Sequence record: ON000910.1
Strand: one strand, 5' to 3'
Length of the DNA stretch: 64,000 bases
Part shown: one piece after another, positions 43,920-53,345 of the stretch
Numbering within the stretch: the stretch's first letter is position 1
Layout of the letters: each line of letters starts with the position of its first letter
Translations under genes and position numbers: made by a program
Notes under the pieces: generated by a model
What the model saw: the letters and a program-made list of their open reading frames with translations, nothing else
What the model was told of the DNA's origin: nothing
Databases searched by the model: none

Positions 43920-45981
43920 TTCGTTTTCCTCTCAAGAGTTTAATAAGTTTTGTAGTCGATTCTTCACATGTATTAGAACCAACAAGTTTGAATAGCAATT
44001 CATATTTCGATTCATTTTGAATCTTTTTCAACTTCTCTAAGTGCTTTTCTTGCTCTTGCGTTCGAATCTCGCGAATAGCAGAGAAGTGGTCACACAATCG
44101 GTCAATCGTCTGATTGCACGTGTGATAAGAACGAGCGTAACCAAAGTAATTACGAACCGCATCGTTATTCCACGTCATTGGCAGAACACTGCGATAACCA
44201 TACAGATTGTTATCAACTGTGTATGATTTCCAATCAATTTTACTACGCAATTCACGCTTGTTAAACTTAATATCGAAGATATTTACAGCTTTTTCATTAC
44301 CTTTGATGTGAACGTACTCAGGACGTCGAGCAATGTAAACAACATCAATCCCTTTGATACGCATAATAGTCTCGATCATACCCAACGAACGATGATAATC
44401 AAGACCGTGACCACACTCTGGCACTTTCTCAATGTAATCACGGAATAAACTGACATAATGAAATGAACCACTCTTCAGTACTTCGCGTTTAACATCAGAT
44501 GCTTTAACTGTGCGCTCACCTTTATCATTAATTCGCATTTCATATAGACGAATTGTAGTTGGCGCTGGTTTTTTCTTGACGCTCTTCTTCTGAGGGGTGT
44601 AGTTCGCCTTCAAATCAGATGTTTTCAACACACGATATTCACAATCACGAAGACGTTCTTTAAAGAATGCCAACGGTGCAGTCGTAGACGGCTTATCATC
44701 GTGATGATAGTAAATACTCACGCTTTCTTGGCGAATGTATTCTTTCGTGATTGCAACACCACCAGACTTCAAATCATCAACAATAATCGTAATCGGGTTT
44801 TTCGAGTAATCGTTACGAGGGTTGACCAAGTCGTACGGACGAGCAGCGCGTGTATTACGTTGAACACCTTCTTTATTGCTGTGCTCAGGGCGCATACGTA
44901 CAGTTTTACCCATAATCGGGAAATCTTTCAACATACGACTTGCATACGTAACCACAAGCTCATCGTTGAACTTCAGTTTCTTCAGCACAACGTCATTGAA
45001 TCGTCTGTCACAAGCGCGATACGCATCACCAATGTAATCAAAGTTCTGATCATCAACCCACTTCTGTGCTTCAGCTAGGAACTTAGAGTTAATCTGTTTA
45101 ACACGCTTATTGATGTTATCAATCGTATAGTCATCGTAGTGAAGTTCTTCACGCGACGCGCTAACATCAAGTTCACCAATCGGGAATTCGATGAATAAAT
45201 CTGAGTCTTTAAAATAGTTTCGAATCAGATGAATTTCTTGAATGTGACCTTCACTCAATGGGTAACAAACATTGCCCATAACTGCATACACATCACCAGA
45301 ACGCCATGTATTTCTTTTACTTTCAGTAAAGTAACCGTCCATATGTGTGAAGTTACGCTCAGGAAGCGTCATGTTCGTTTCAACCGATGGCGATTTGAAG
45401 TACGGCATAACGTTTTGAGCCGCGTCTTTGAAACGGTCGAAGTCTTCTTTTCGAACAGGGACGATTACTTCTACACCATCTGGTTCATCAGTCGGTGCAG
45501 GTTCTGACATACAAGTGATTGCAGGTTCACCTTTGTCGAGATATGCTGAATACACAGCTTTAAGACCGTTTTTAGTTGACTTAACAGTGAACGACTGACC
45601 ATTGTTGTAGCTAAACGGTGTCTTTGAACCAAGACCCATCGCACCAATCACATCGTTCGAATCGTCTTTCGTTGAGTCAAAAACAGTAGTGTATACACCG
45701 AAGATCTCATCATCGCTCATACCGCAGCCGAAGTCTTTGACGCTAAACCAAGGTTCGAACTGATTCGGCAAGTGTACTTCGATTGATTTATCGATATTTT
45801 TGTTCATTTGATGAGCATCCCAGCCGTTACACGTCAATTCACGTACAATAGCTAGAATAGGGTCTTTGTATAGTGTAGTCGAAATAATACGAAAGCCTTT
45901 TGCACTTGCTTTCATATTAAAGCCAGCCGTTCGCATCTTACCAGATGTCTGGACTTTACTTTCAGGGGTATGAATAATCAT
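43912..45981 (-). CDS. rIIA: rIIA protein (GHKL ATPase domain)
   Basis: LYKDPILAIVRELTCNGWDAH, KDFGCGMS, GAMGLGSKTPF. Confidence 0.95.
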   Translation of the reverse strand: MIIHTPESKVQTSGKMRTAGFNMKASAKGFRIISTTLYKDPILAIVRELTCNGWDAHQMNKNIDKSIEVHLPNQFEPWFSVKDFGCGMSDDEIFGVYTTVFDSTKDDSNDVIGAMGLGSKTPFSYNNGQSFTVKSTKNGLKAVYSAYLDKGEPAITCMSEPAPTDEPDGVEVIVPVRKEDFDRFKDAAQNVMPYFKSPSVETNMTLPERNFTHMDGYFTESKRNTWRSGDVYAVMGNVCYPLSEGHIQEIHLIRNYFKDSDLFIEFPIGELDVSASREELHYDDYTIDNINKRVKQINSKFLAEAQKWVDDQNFDYIGDAYRACDRRFNDVVLKKLKFNDELVVTYASRMLKDFPIMGKTVRMRPEHSNKEGVQRNTRAARPYDLVNPRNDYSKNPITIIVDDLKSGGVAITKEYIRQESVSIYYHHDDKPSTTAPLAFFKERLRDCEYRVLKTSDLKANYTPQKKSVKKKPAPTTIRLYEMRINDKGERTVKASDVKREVLKSGSFHYVSLFRDYIEKVPECGHGLDYHRSLGMIETIMRIKGIDVVYIARRPEYVHIKGNEKAVNIFDIKFNKRELRSKIDWKSYTVDNNLYGYRSVLPMTWNNDAVRNYFGYARSYHTCNQTIDRLCDHFSAIREIRTQEQEKHLEKLKKIQNESKYELLFKLVGSNTCEESTTKLIKLLRGKRNG

Positions 45982-46150
45982 GTATTTCTCACATATCGTT
46001 AATTACCTCGTTTAGAGCGTCCACTGCTTCTATATGAGGCATCTTGTATTGCTTTTCAAGACAATGAATGATGTCATCGAATTCATATTCAGACTCAATC
46101 ATGTCGCGTATCATGTTGTCAATCATAGTAGTTCTCCTATTTTCAAGCAA

Positions 46151-46178
46151 ATTATACATGACTGACAATACATGTCAA
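46151..46178 (-). promoter_or_regulatory. promoter upstream of the rII operon
   Basis: TTGACA-16 nt-TATAAT with TGACA/TGTCA inverted repeat. Confidence 0.7.
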
Positions 46179-46181
46179 CAT

Positions 46182-46490
46182 TTATCGAGGGATTGTCGTG
46201 CGAAGATTTGCAGCTTCGACTAACGCAGCGCGATAAGCATCTGGGTACTTTTGCTCTACGATTTCAGGTTCGACAATCGTCGCTGAACTACCGCAAGGTA
46301 ATTTGGCATTGTTGCTAACACCACCATAAGTTCTGAGTTCTAGGTATTTACGACGACCATCAGGCAAGTCAACAACGAGCAGTACGTTCATTGAGTAAGA
46401 ACGACCTGAGTTCTTTGCACGCAATACAAAGTCACCGTCTTTAATTTCTCGACCGAAAAAATCTGTTTGTCTAGTCATCACATGCCTCAC
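46182..46490 (-). CDS. hypothetical protein
   Basis: TDFFGREIKDGDFV motif. Confidence 0.7.
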   Translation of the reverse strand: MRHVMTRQTDFFGREIKDGDFVLRAKNSGRSYSMNVLLVVDLPDGRRKYLELRTYGGVSNNAKLPCGSSATIVEPEIVEQKYPDAYRAALVEAANLRTTIPR

Positions 46491-46743
46491 TCAGTGTTGA
46501 TTGACCGAAATACCAGCTACCTGCAAATGTAAGTTTCTTGCAGCCGTCTTTGGTGAAATCTTGCCAGAAGTCTACTTGCCAACCGTTTGTCTCAAGATCA
46601 TGAGCTTCGTAGCCAATTTCTTGTAAGTAGTTGACAACATCAAACGGCGTAAACTCTTGCACGCTGTGTGCAATATTTGAACCTGCTTCAATTTTTTCAA
46701 TCGCGAGGTCAATTACTTCTTTGATTCGAGTTTTATCTACCAT
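46471..46743 (-). CDS. hypothetical protein
   Basis: ETNGWQVDFW motif. Confidence 0.7.
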   Translation of the reverse strand: MVDKTRIKEVIDLAIEKIEAGSNIAHSVQEFTPFDVVNYLQEIGYEAHDLETNGWQVDFWQDFTKDGCKKLTFAGSWYFGQSTLSEACDD

Positions 46744-47141
46744 TTTCGAATAATATCCCCGTTGTTTGTGCTTACATTACCAGCAACATCACCACATTTG
46801 ATATCACCGTTTGTTGATGATACTGAACCATCAACATCGTCACATTCAATATCGCCATTAGTCGTTGTCACGTCACCTTGTACGTTACGACATGCAATAT
46901 TGCCGTTCTCGTTTTGAACAAGAGTACAGTCACCATCAATGTACACGTTTACCACGCGGTCATCAATATCACCTTGCAAACGACCGTCAACGACGACTTT
47001 GCCGTTCTTAACTGTCACACTTGTACCGTGATACTCAGTACCATTGATCTTAATCGTACTACGACTTGCTAGATTTGCTTTAAAATTGGACATAGATTCC
47101 CTTATTTTTCTCATTTTCGTAAACGACATGCCACTCTCCAC
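46737..47141 (-). CDS. small beta-solenoid (DUF4097/adhesin-like) protein
   Basis: Repeated GDV.T.NGDI.C units. Confidence 0.75.
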   Translation of the reverse strand: MESGMSFTKMRKIRESMSNFKANLASRSTIKINGTEYHGTSVTVKNGKVVVDGRLQGDIDDRVVNVYIDGDCTLVQNENGNIACRNVQGDVTTTNGDIECDDVDGSVSSTNGDIKCGDVAGNVSTNNGDIIRKW

Positions 47142-47326
47142 ATGTAAACATCACCGAGCGTAGATTCAGTTGAAACCAAGTAGGTCTCTAGCAATAGTTC
47201 GCTTTTGCGACTAAACAACTGAGTGCCGAATAGTGAATAATGAACATCACCATCTACGATTTTCATTTGTTGTGGTTTGTCGAATGTGTCTAGTAGACCT
47301 TCATAAGTTTCAACTGAAGTAATCAT
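47111..47326 (-). CDS. small hypothetical protein
   Basis: ORF tiling. Confidence 0.6.
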   Translation of the reverse strand: MITSVETYEGLLDTFDKPQQMKIVDGDVHYSLFGTQLFSRKSELLLETYLVSTESTLGDVYMWRVACRLRK

Positions 47327-47901
47327 ATTACTATAATCTCTGCTTTACCTGCGTAACCTTTTTGAAATACAAAGTGCGCATACTCAATCGAGTCTGTGCC
47401 TTTTGTACCGTGAAAAGATGGTCTTCGATGATGAACCATCACTGCTCTCAGGGGTGCTTCATCCCAGAAAGGCTTTCGTTTGATACTACCTAGCCAGTTA
47501 AGACGTTGTAGCATGACAACATAACCACCATTCTTGACTTCGCTCAGTGCTTTCTCTGCAAAATCAACTGATAAGCTGAACGGTGGGTTAGTCATGATCA
47601 TATCGTAGTAATTCACTTGAACATCAGCTTCAAGATAGTTCGCGATAATTTGCGCGTGACTGTCTTCGCGAATGTCCATTGTGTCAATATCAACATGATA
47701 CAGTTTCTTGTAAGCTACGGGATATGCTGCTTTGTGTTCTGAACAACCACCGCATGATGGGTCAAGAACGTGCATAGCAGACATACTCAAATGATGAGTT
47801 GTATGTATGCGACGCTCGAAATGTTCAAGAAACTCTTCAACAATCCAGTCTGGCGTAGCGTAGTAATCGTCTTTGTTGACTTTACCTTTTGTGCTACTCA
47901 T
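47323..47901 (-). CDS. DNA amino-methyltransferase (probably N6-adenine)
   Basis: DYYATP, VLDPSCG (motif I), IMTNPPF (motif IV). Confidence 0.88.
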   Translation of the reverse strand: MSSTKGKVNKDDYYATPDWIVEEFLEHFERRIHTTHHLSMSAMHVLDPSCGGCSEHKAAYPVAYKKLYHVDIDTMDIREDSHAQIIANYLEADVQVNYYDMIMTNPPFSLSVDFAEKALSEVKNGGYVVMLQRLNWLGSIKRKPFWDEAPLRAVMVHHRRPSFHGTKGTDSIEYAHFVFQKGYAGKAEIIVI

Positions 47902-47902
47902 T

Positions 47903-48439
47903 TTAACCGTGTACTGTTAAGTATTTGTCGCGACCAATTTCGTAGATATTACCTTCTGCGTCAAGGTCGGTGAATACATCACGCCAGTTGATGTTGCTGC
48001 TTACAATGACAGGCATATCTTCTAAGCGAATACCCATTAGCTCAGACGTTACATGTCTTGCATAGTCTTCGCTTGTGCCTTCGAACACCCAACAGTCACT
48101 GATTTTCTCGGCTGCATCTTCGAATGACATACAAACGTTGTTATCATACAATGCTTCGCAGATTTCACGTTCTTGTTCATCGAGATTAAACCAAGCAAGT
48201 AGACCGTCGAATTCTAATTCTTCTTCTTGTAAATCACATGGCATGTTGTGCCATTCAAATGCTACATAAGCTGTTCCCTCATGGTTGTCCAAAAAGTCTT
48301 TGAACTCTGACGGGCAAACAGTGTAGTAATCACTCATACCAGCACATGAAATAGTGACAGCAACTTCACCATCATACACATGGTCGATAGCTAATGCTTT
48401 TAGCTCTTCTTCACGTTCACTCAAGCTCATAGTCTTCAC
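47903..48439 (-). CDS. ArdA-like antirestriction (DNA mimic) protein
   Basis: Strongly acidic; C-terminal G..EDYAR......MP......INW..V..DL..EG resembles ArdA domain III. Confidence 0.65.
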   Translation of the reverse strand: MKTMSLSEREEELKALAIDHVYDGEVAVTISCAGMSDYYTVCPSEFKDFLDNHEGTAYVAFEWHNMPCDLQEEELEFDGLLAWFNLDEQEREICEALYDNNVCMSFEDAAEKISDCWVFEGTSEDYARHVTSELMGIRLEDMPVIVSSNINWRDVFTDLDAEGNIYEIGRDKYLTVHG

Positions 48440-48464
48440 TCACATAATTTGTTTCAAGGACTGT

Positions 48465-48500
48465 ATAGTACGATCAAAAAAGGGGGCTGTCAACAACTTT
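48465..48500 (-). promoter_or_regulatory. early promoter for ardA-like/MTase genes
   Basis: AAAGTTG-TTGACA-17 nt-TACTAT. Confidence 0.8.
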
Positions 48501-48520
48501 CTCAAGTTATTTTCAATCCC

Positions 48521-48568
48521 CTAATATTACTAATATCTCTAACTTCACTAAAACTACTAATACTACTA
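48521..48568. repeat. non-coding 3-nt periodic tract (CTA/TAG-rich)
   Basis: CTA ATA TTA CTA ATA TCT CTA ACT TCA CTA AAA CTA CTA ATA CTA CTA. Confidence 0.6.
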
Positions 48569-48599
48569 AGATGATGCCCAATTTTTGGGCCTCAGATGG

Positions 48600-49163
48600 T
48601 TATTTCGCTTCGCTCTTCTTGTTCTTTTTAACCAGATTCCAGAATCGAAAGCCCAATTTCTTGATTTGCTTTAACTGCTCTTCGATTGTCATCTTTCCAC
48701 CGTGTAGACGTTTTGGCATTCTTACTTCTCTTGCATTGAGAAAACCATCTACTTCGATTATACCAGCCCACTCAGGTACATCAGCATGGTCGACAAGACC
48801 TTTCGGGAATGCATACCAGAAGTAATTGCTCATTTTACCATCTTGCAATGCATCACGTTTTGGTGTTTTGGTATACTTGTCACGCCAGTGATCGTAAGAC
48901 TCATTTTCGATTAGAACAGTTTTCTGCTCGTCAACTCGATAATCTGCTTTAGATACTTTGATTTCAATCTCATCACATAAACCACTTGGTCGAATACCAA
49001 ATAAATCAGCTTCATTATCGAACTTGGTGTAACAGTTTGGTATAACCGCTGTGTATCTCTTGTGAATCCATACGCTTTGTACGGCAATTGCGTACTGTAC
49101 ATCTGCTTCTGTAATGTCTTTTGTGTCTTTCTCTTTTTTCATAAATGCCATGATAAGTCTCAC
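48600..49163 (-). CDS. MmcB-like PD-(D/E)XK nuclease family protein
   Basis: EADL...EIEIKVSKADY...NYFWYAFP. Confidence 0.75.
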   Translation of the reverse strand: MRLIMAFMKKEKDTKDITEADVQYAIAVQSVWIHKRYTAVIPNCYTKFDNEADLFGIRPSGLCDEIEIKVSKADYRVDEQKTVLIENESYDHWRDKYTKTPKRDALQDGKMSNYFWYAFPKGLVDHADVPEWAGIIEVDGFLNAREVRMPKRLHGGKMTIEEQLKQIKKLGFRFWNLVKKNKKSEAK

Positions 49164-49203
49164 TCATATACTGTTATGAGTACTTATGTCATGTTTCAGA
49201 TAC

Positions 49204-49228
49204 AAAAAAAAGCTCCCGAAGGAGCTTT
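49204..49228 (-). terminator. rho-independent terminator after rnl2
   Basis: AAAGCTCC-TTCG-GGAGCT-T7. Confidence 0.85.
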
Positions 49229-49338
49229 ATCTATCGCGATAATTATCATCGCCGCAGTCAGGACACGACCAGAATATAATGCCACATACACTTGTTTCAT
49301 TCCTGTTCGTGTGCTTGCAGTATAGTTTACGAAAGTGT

Positions 49339-50346
49339 TTAAAAAGTACCATCAACGATATTCAACCAGTTCTTACGCAAGATCTCGTTGGCTACATTGA
49401 CTAGAGAACGCTTGATAACATCCCAATCATCACGAGGGATTGCTACTTCGTCTCGTTCGTCACGTTCAAACTCATCTTTCGCGTCTTTGACAAACAAACC
49501 ACTTACCATACCGAACTGCTTCGCTTCAACTTTGCCGATCTTACTCAGTACATTGCGCAAGCGGTTTTCAGTTAGATAACAACTAAATGCAGCGTGCAGT
49601 TTTTCTTGTTCTTCTGTAAGAACAACTTTAGCTCGCGGCGTTTTTCCCTGCTTATTCTTTTTCTCTTTGAATTTCTCATTCTTAACCTTCAAGATTGCAC
49701 GAGAACCGTTGTGTAAGCGTTTCTCCGCTTTCAATTGCTTAACTACGAACCCTTCTGCTACGTTTTCACTATCAACGGCAGCGGGCGTGTGAAAGCTTCT
49801 GAAGAGGGGATCGATTTTAAGTAGTTCATCAAGTGTACCGCGTGCGATTTCGTGAGTCGTCTTGACTCCAGCAAACTTACATGCTTTGAGCACAACATCC
49901 CAATCTAGAAACTCACCGGTTTCTGGACATAAGATATCGTAAGCCCAGAAATCTTTATCACCGTAGTTGACTTCTTTTTGAATGCCTTTACCTGCAAGTT
50001 CACCATAGACGATGATCGTTTCATCGTTTTTGATAAAATCATTGGCAAATAGCCAATTTGAGATATCTTGCATTTTTTCGATGTGAGCTTCTACAACGCT
50101 CGTACAACCGTAGAAGTCGTAATCACCCATAGCATTAGCGCCAATAGTAGAAGTGCGTTTAGCGGGCGTTACAGACATCTCTCCAGGTACTTGCTCAGTG
50201 CTTGGTTTGAATTCGACGATAAAGCTGAAGTTGGCACCGTGGATCTTCTCAAGAGCTACCCATTCTTTGACTCCAAGCATGTCACATTTGTCTACGAATG
50301 CTTGACGGTAGCTGTTTTCTAATGATGTGTATTTCACAAAGCTCAT
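49339..50346 (-). CDS. rnl2: RNA ligase 2
   Basis: FVKYTSLEN, EKIHGANFS (motif I), VYGE, AEGFVV, ILKVKNEKF. Confidence 0.95.
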   Translation of the reverse strand: MSFVKYTSLENSYRQAFVDKCDMLGVKEWVALEKIHGANFSFIVEFKPSTEQVPGEMSVTPAKRTSTIGANAMGDYDFYGCTSVVEAHIEKMQDISNWLFANDFIKNDETIIVYGELAGKGIQKEVNYGDKDFWAYDILCPETGEFLDWDVVLKACKFAGVKTTHEIARGTLDELLKIDPLFRSFHTPAAVDSENVAEGFVVKQLKAEKRLHNGSRAILKVKNEKFKEKKNKQGKTPRAKVVLTEEQEKLHAAFSCYLTENRLRNVLSKIGKVEAKQFGMVSGLFVKDAKDEFERDERDEVAIPRDDWDVIKRSLVNVANEILRKNWLNIVDGTF

Positions 50347-50355
50347 AATTTTACC

Positions 50356-50610
50356 TTAAATTCCTAAAAAACGTTCACGATGTGCAAGCTCTTCATGACT
50401 TGCGATTTCTTTTTCTATTTCGTTCTCATTGTAAGAGATTCGACCTTTTGAATCTGACAACATGATGATTGTCACTTCTGGGTTGAATTCGATTTCGAAC
50501 TCTGGCGTGATATAACGCTCTCGACCATCTTCAAAGTATCGAACTTCGACGACGCTGAATTCACATATCGCAAGAGTTTCGAGTCGTTGTCTTAAATGTC
50601 TCATTGTCAT
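50356..50610 (-). CDS. hypothetical protein
   Basis: AAGGA RBS. Confidence 0.65.
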   Translation of the reverse strand: MTMRHLRQRLETLAICEFSVVEVRYFEDGRERYITPEFEIEFNPEVTIIMLSDSKGRISYNENEIEKEIASHEELAHRERFLGI

Positions 50611-50635
50611 ATTCCTTATATGAATTTACCTTCTC

Positions 50636-50664
50636 ATTGTACATATAAACAATAGCATAGTCAA
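50636..50664 (-). promoter_or_regulatory. early promoter (divergent from gene 49)
   Basis: TTGACT-17 nt-TACAAT; overlapping TATAAACA (late-like) on plus strand at 50644-50651. Confidence 0.7.
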
Positions 50665-50683
50665 TAACTTTTTTGAGAAAAAC

Positions 50684-51190
50684 ATGAGCAAACAACTTAA
50701 ACAATCAGAACTGACAGAATGCCGTAATGAACTAATCATGGATCAATTGGACAGATGTGTGTTGTGCGGTACTAAATTGAGTGAAGAGAAAAGCACGCCA
50801 CATACTGACCACGACCACAACACGGGGCATATTCGAGGCGTTCTGTGTCGAGCGTGCAATACTTACGAAGGCGTTGTGATTCATAAGTTTACAAGAAGTG
50901 GTTTGAAAGGTCGTGGAATTGATTACATTCAGTGGCTTAAAAATCTAGTAGAATACCTAGAAGCTGATTACTCAGATAATGATTATCACCCTCAGCACCC
51001 AAAAGACCAAACTAAGATCTTCAGTCGATTAAAACTGCAAGAACAAAAAGAACATTTAGACAGTCTAGGTATTAAGTACCCAGATGGTGCGAAGAAAAGC
51101 GAATTGGAAAAGATTTACAGAAAGAGTTTCTTGAATAACCCGCGTTGTGATTTTGACAACAACAAGTATGGTTATGGAGATGACGAATAG
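50684..51190 (+). CDS. 49: recombination endonuclease VII (Holliday junction resolvase)
   Basis: CVLC...HTDHDH...RGVLCRACN...HKFTRSGLKGRGIDY..WL, colinear with T4 gp49. Confidence 0.93.
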   Translation: MSKQLKQSELTECRNELIMDQLDRCVLCGTKLSEEKSTPHTDHDHNTGHIRGVLCRACNTYEGVVIHKFTRSGLKGRGIDYIQWLKNLVEYLEADYSDNDYHPQHPKDQTKIFSRLKLQEQKEHLDSLGIKYPDGAKKSELEKIYRKSFLNNPRCDFDNNKYGYGDDE

Positions 51191-51191
51191 C

Positions 51192-51220
51192 AAAAAGGGA
51201 GCAATTAGCTCCCTTTTTTT
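51192..51220. terminator. bidirectional terminator (inverted copy of 41008-41037 core)
   Basis: A5-GGGAGC-AATTA-GCTCCC-T7. Confidence 0.9.
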
Positions 51221-51608
51221 ATACAATGATAGTTTCAGTACCGATTGTAATGACTGTTTGTGTCTTGACTTCAATCGTGTTGTTCATGTCTTCGTTCAAG
51301 CTGATCATTTCTTCAATGTCATCGCTCTCGAATGCTTCATGGTCGAACATGATTTCAGTGATTGACCAATCTTCACCTTGAGACTCACTCCAAGCCAGTG
51401 CCATGTCGCGCTGTTCTTCATGTATGCAAACTTCAGCTTCTGTTTCAGAATGCTTACCGTCTAGGTCACTGAAATAAAAGCTAAATGCGCAAATCGCATC
51501 TTCATATTTCTCAACGAACTCAGCCGTAACCCAGCACGTGTGTGCTGCGGTCGCGTTGCTATAGTAGCCAGTTGCTGATACTTCAATTAGTCTAAGATTG
51601 TCGTTCAT
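51219..51608 (-). CDS. acidic hypothetical protein
   Basis: GAGG RBS before MNDNLR. Confidence 0.7.
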   Translation of the reverse strand: MNDNLRLIEVSATGYYSNATAAHTCWVTAEFVEKYEDAICAFSFYFSDLDGKHSETEAEVCIHEEQRDMALAWSESQGEDWSITEIMFDHEAFESDDIEEMISLNEDMNNTIEVKTQTVITIGTETIIV

Positions 51609-51610
51609 TG

Positions 51611-51949
51611 TTATGCCTCGTCGTCGCGATATACAGCCGCGATGTTTTTGTAGTGTGTATGCACCCATAGCGCACGATCTTGATCGTCTGGCTTCATGAT
51701 ACCTTCGATAATGCGTGGGTCAGGTACGTTTTTGATATTACCTAGTGGTAATAGAACTTTGTCACCTACTTTGATGACCTTTTGGTCTACGTCTTCGCCG
51801 ACAGAAATCACAATACCGTGAAGCGGAACTTCGGGTTGAGTAGCACGCCCGAGAACGATACCACCTTCAGATTTGATTTCTTCACCTTCTTTAACTGCTT
51901 TAGTGTCGATGATGATTTGTTCGCCCATTGCGTGTGCTTTAAGTGTCAT
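51611..51949 (-). CDS. 31: gp31 co-chaperonin (GroES-like, head assembly)
   Basis: LKAHAMGEQIII...SEGGIVLG...HGIVISVGEDV...VGDKVLLP. Confidence 0.9.
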   Translation of the reverse strand: MTLKAHAMGEQIIIDTKAVKEGEEIKSEGGIVLGRATQPEVPLHGIVISVGEDVDQKVIKVGDKVLLPLGNIKNVPDPRIIEGIMKPDDQDRALWVHTHYKNIAAVYRDDEA

Positions 51950-52155
51950 TATTTCTCTCGTCTTTTGTATTTGTTTCGTGTTGCTTCAAATGCTGCAATG
52001 CGTTCGTCTGTAGCTTTCTTTCGCTCTTCAAACTCACGACATTTCTTGCGCATATTACCATCTTCGATGTCATAATCTCGACTCTCAGGACCACGTTGGT
52101 CCCAACCAATCCAGAAGTTATTCACGTCATCGAGTAATTCTTTTTCTGTAGCCAT
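51949..52155 (-). CDS. small charged protein
   Basis: TAATG coupling to gene 31. Confidence 0.65.
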   Translation of the reverse strand: MATEKELLDDVNNFWIGWDQRGPESRDYDIEDGNMRKKCREFEERKKATDERIAAFEATRNKYKRREK

Positions 52156-52249
52156 TATATAGATCTCACGAAAGTTGATGATTTGATGAGTTAGGGCCCA
52201 TCACTCCTATTTGTTGATCGCTGTTTTATCAGCGCACTGCGACCGTCTC

Positions 52250-52459
52250 TCAGTGCGGACTATTTAGTTCAAACCCGCGGAAGTCGTCGTATGTTCTTGT
52301 GTATACGTCGCCTAGTTCGCTCGTGTAAGTGATAGCATTGTACCACTTACCGTCGAACTTGAGTTTGCCTTTACTCGTTACTGTATACACATTGCCCGTC
52401 TTCTTGTGAATAATCCACTGTCCGACGCGCAAGTGTTCAGCAAACGGGTCATTAGTCAA
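52250..52459 (-). CDS. small DUF1653-like protein
   Basis: G..Y.H.KTGNVY.V...Y......VYTR. Confidence 0.65.
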   Translation of the reverse strand: MTNDPFAEHLRVGQWIIHKKTGNVYTVTSKGKLKFDGKWYNAITYTSELGDVYTRTYDDFRGFELNSPH

Positions 52460-52727
52460 ACGATTTCACTTCGCGTAAATTAGCTCGTTTGAATGAACGC
52501 CAGCCATTAGCTTCAAGATCGAAGTAACCGCATGTCGCTTTTTGCTTTTCTGTTTTCTCTGGCTTTGTCTCACCTTCAGCTAAAGGCTTTTCTTTCGGGT
52601 GAAACTCAGCAGGGATGAAGTCGAGATTGCGCGTACCAGTTACAGTCTTAATAGAACCATCTGCTTTCTCAAATTCAAATGTGACTTTACCATTTTTCAG
52701 CAAGTCGTCGATATTCACTTCAATCAT
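52452..52727 (-). CDS. WYL_2/DUF2693-like SH3-fold protein
   Basis: VTFEFEKADGS...GTRN...YFDLEANGWRSF. Confidence 0.8.
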   Translation of the reverse strand: MIEVNIDDLLKNGKVTFEFEKADGSIKTVTGTRNLDFIPAEFHPKEKPLAEGETKPEKTEKQKATCGYFDLEANGWRSFKRANLREVKSFD

Positions 52728-52736
52728 GTTTTAACC

Positions 52737-53345
52737 TCACATAAAGAAATAGGGATTTTCAAGAGTCTTGAACTCGTTTACGACTGTCATCTTAAACGTC
52801 TTCAAGTCGATGTTAAACACTTTATTTGGCTCAACATGCTCTGGAGTTAAAATCGTTCGCGTGCTGCTAAACGATGTACCGTCTTCGCTCATGAATAACG
52901 GGCTAATTTCATTACGAAATACACGCAAATTGCCGTTAATGAAGTGAAAACAAGCAAACGTACCGTCAAGTTCGTTTAATTTGCCGTAGCAAATCGCTTC
53001 AGCGATGTGTGCAGTATCCCATTCTTGAGTCTGTTTTTTCATGTAATGATCTTTAAGAATGCCATTATGCCACACGTGTGAATCATGCAACTGACCGTTC
53101 TCTTCAATTGTTACAATAGCGGGATGTGCTTGAGCACTTGTTCCCGTTGGTGCTTGTACATGACAGATATAAAAATCTGCACTATCAGGCACATTAGTTG
53201 TATTGAACGCCCCTGTAAACTTGTGAACCGTCACATGACCGTTCTTAAACGTACTCACAGAGTGAGTACGCGAACCACGATGAATATTGCTTTTTGATAA
53301 TTCAATAAGCTCTTGCTTGCTTCTAGCAGCAAATAATCCACACAT
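52737..53345 (-). CDS. class II (Ntn) glutamine amidotransferase-like protein
   Basis: MCGLF (Cys2), RG, HVWHNGIL, WDT, LDGTFAC; TAATG-coupled to queC. Confidence 0.85.
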   Translation of the reverse strand: MCGLFAARSKQELIELSKSNIHRGSRTHSVSTFKNGHVTVHKFTGAFNTTNVPDSADFYICHVQAPTGTSAQAHPAIVTIEENGQLHDSHVWHNGILKDHYMKKQTQEWDTAHIAEAICYGKLNELDGTFACFHFINGNLRVFRNEISPLFMSEDGTSFSSTRTILTPEHVEPNKVFNIDLKTFKMTVVNEFKTLENPYFFM

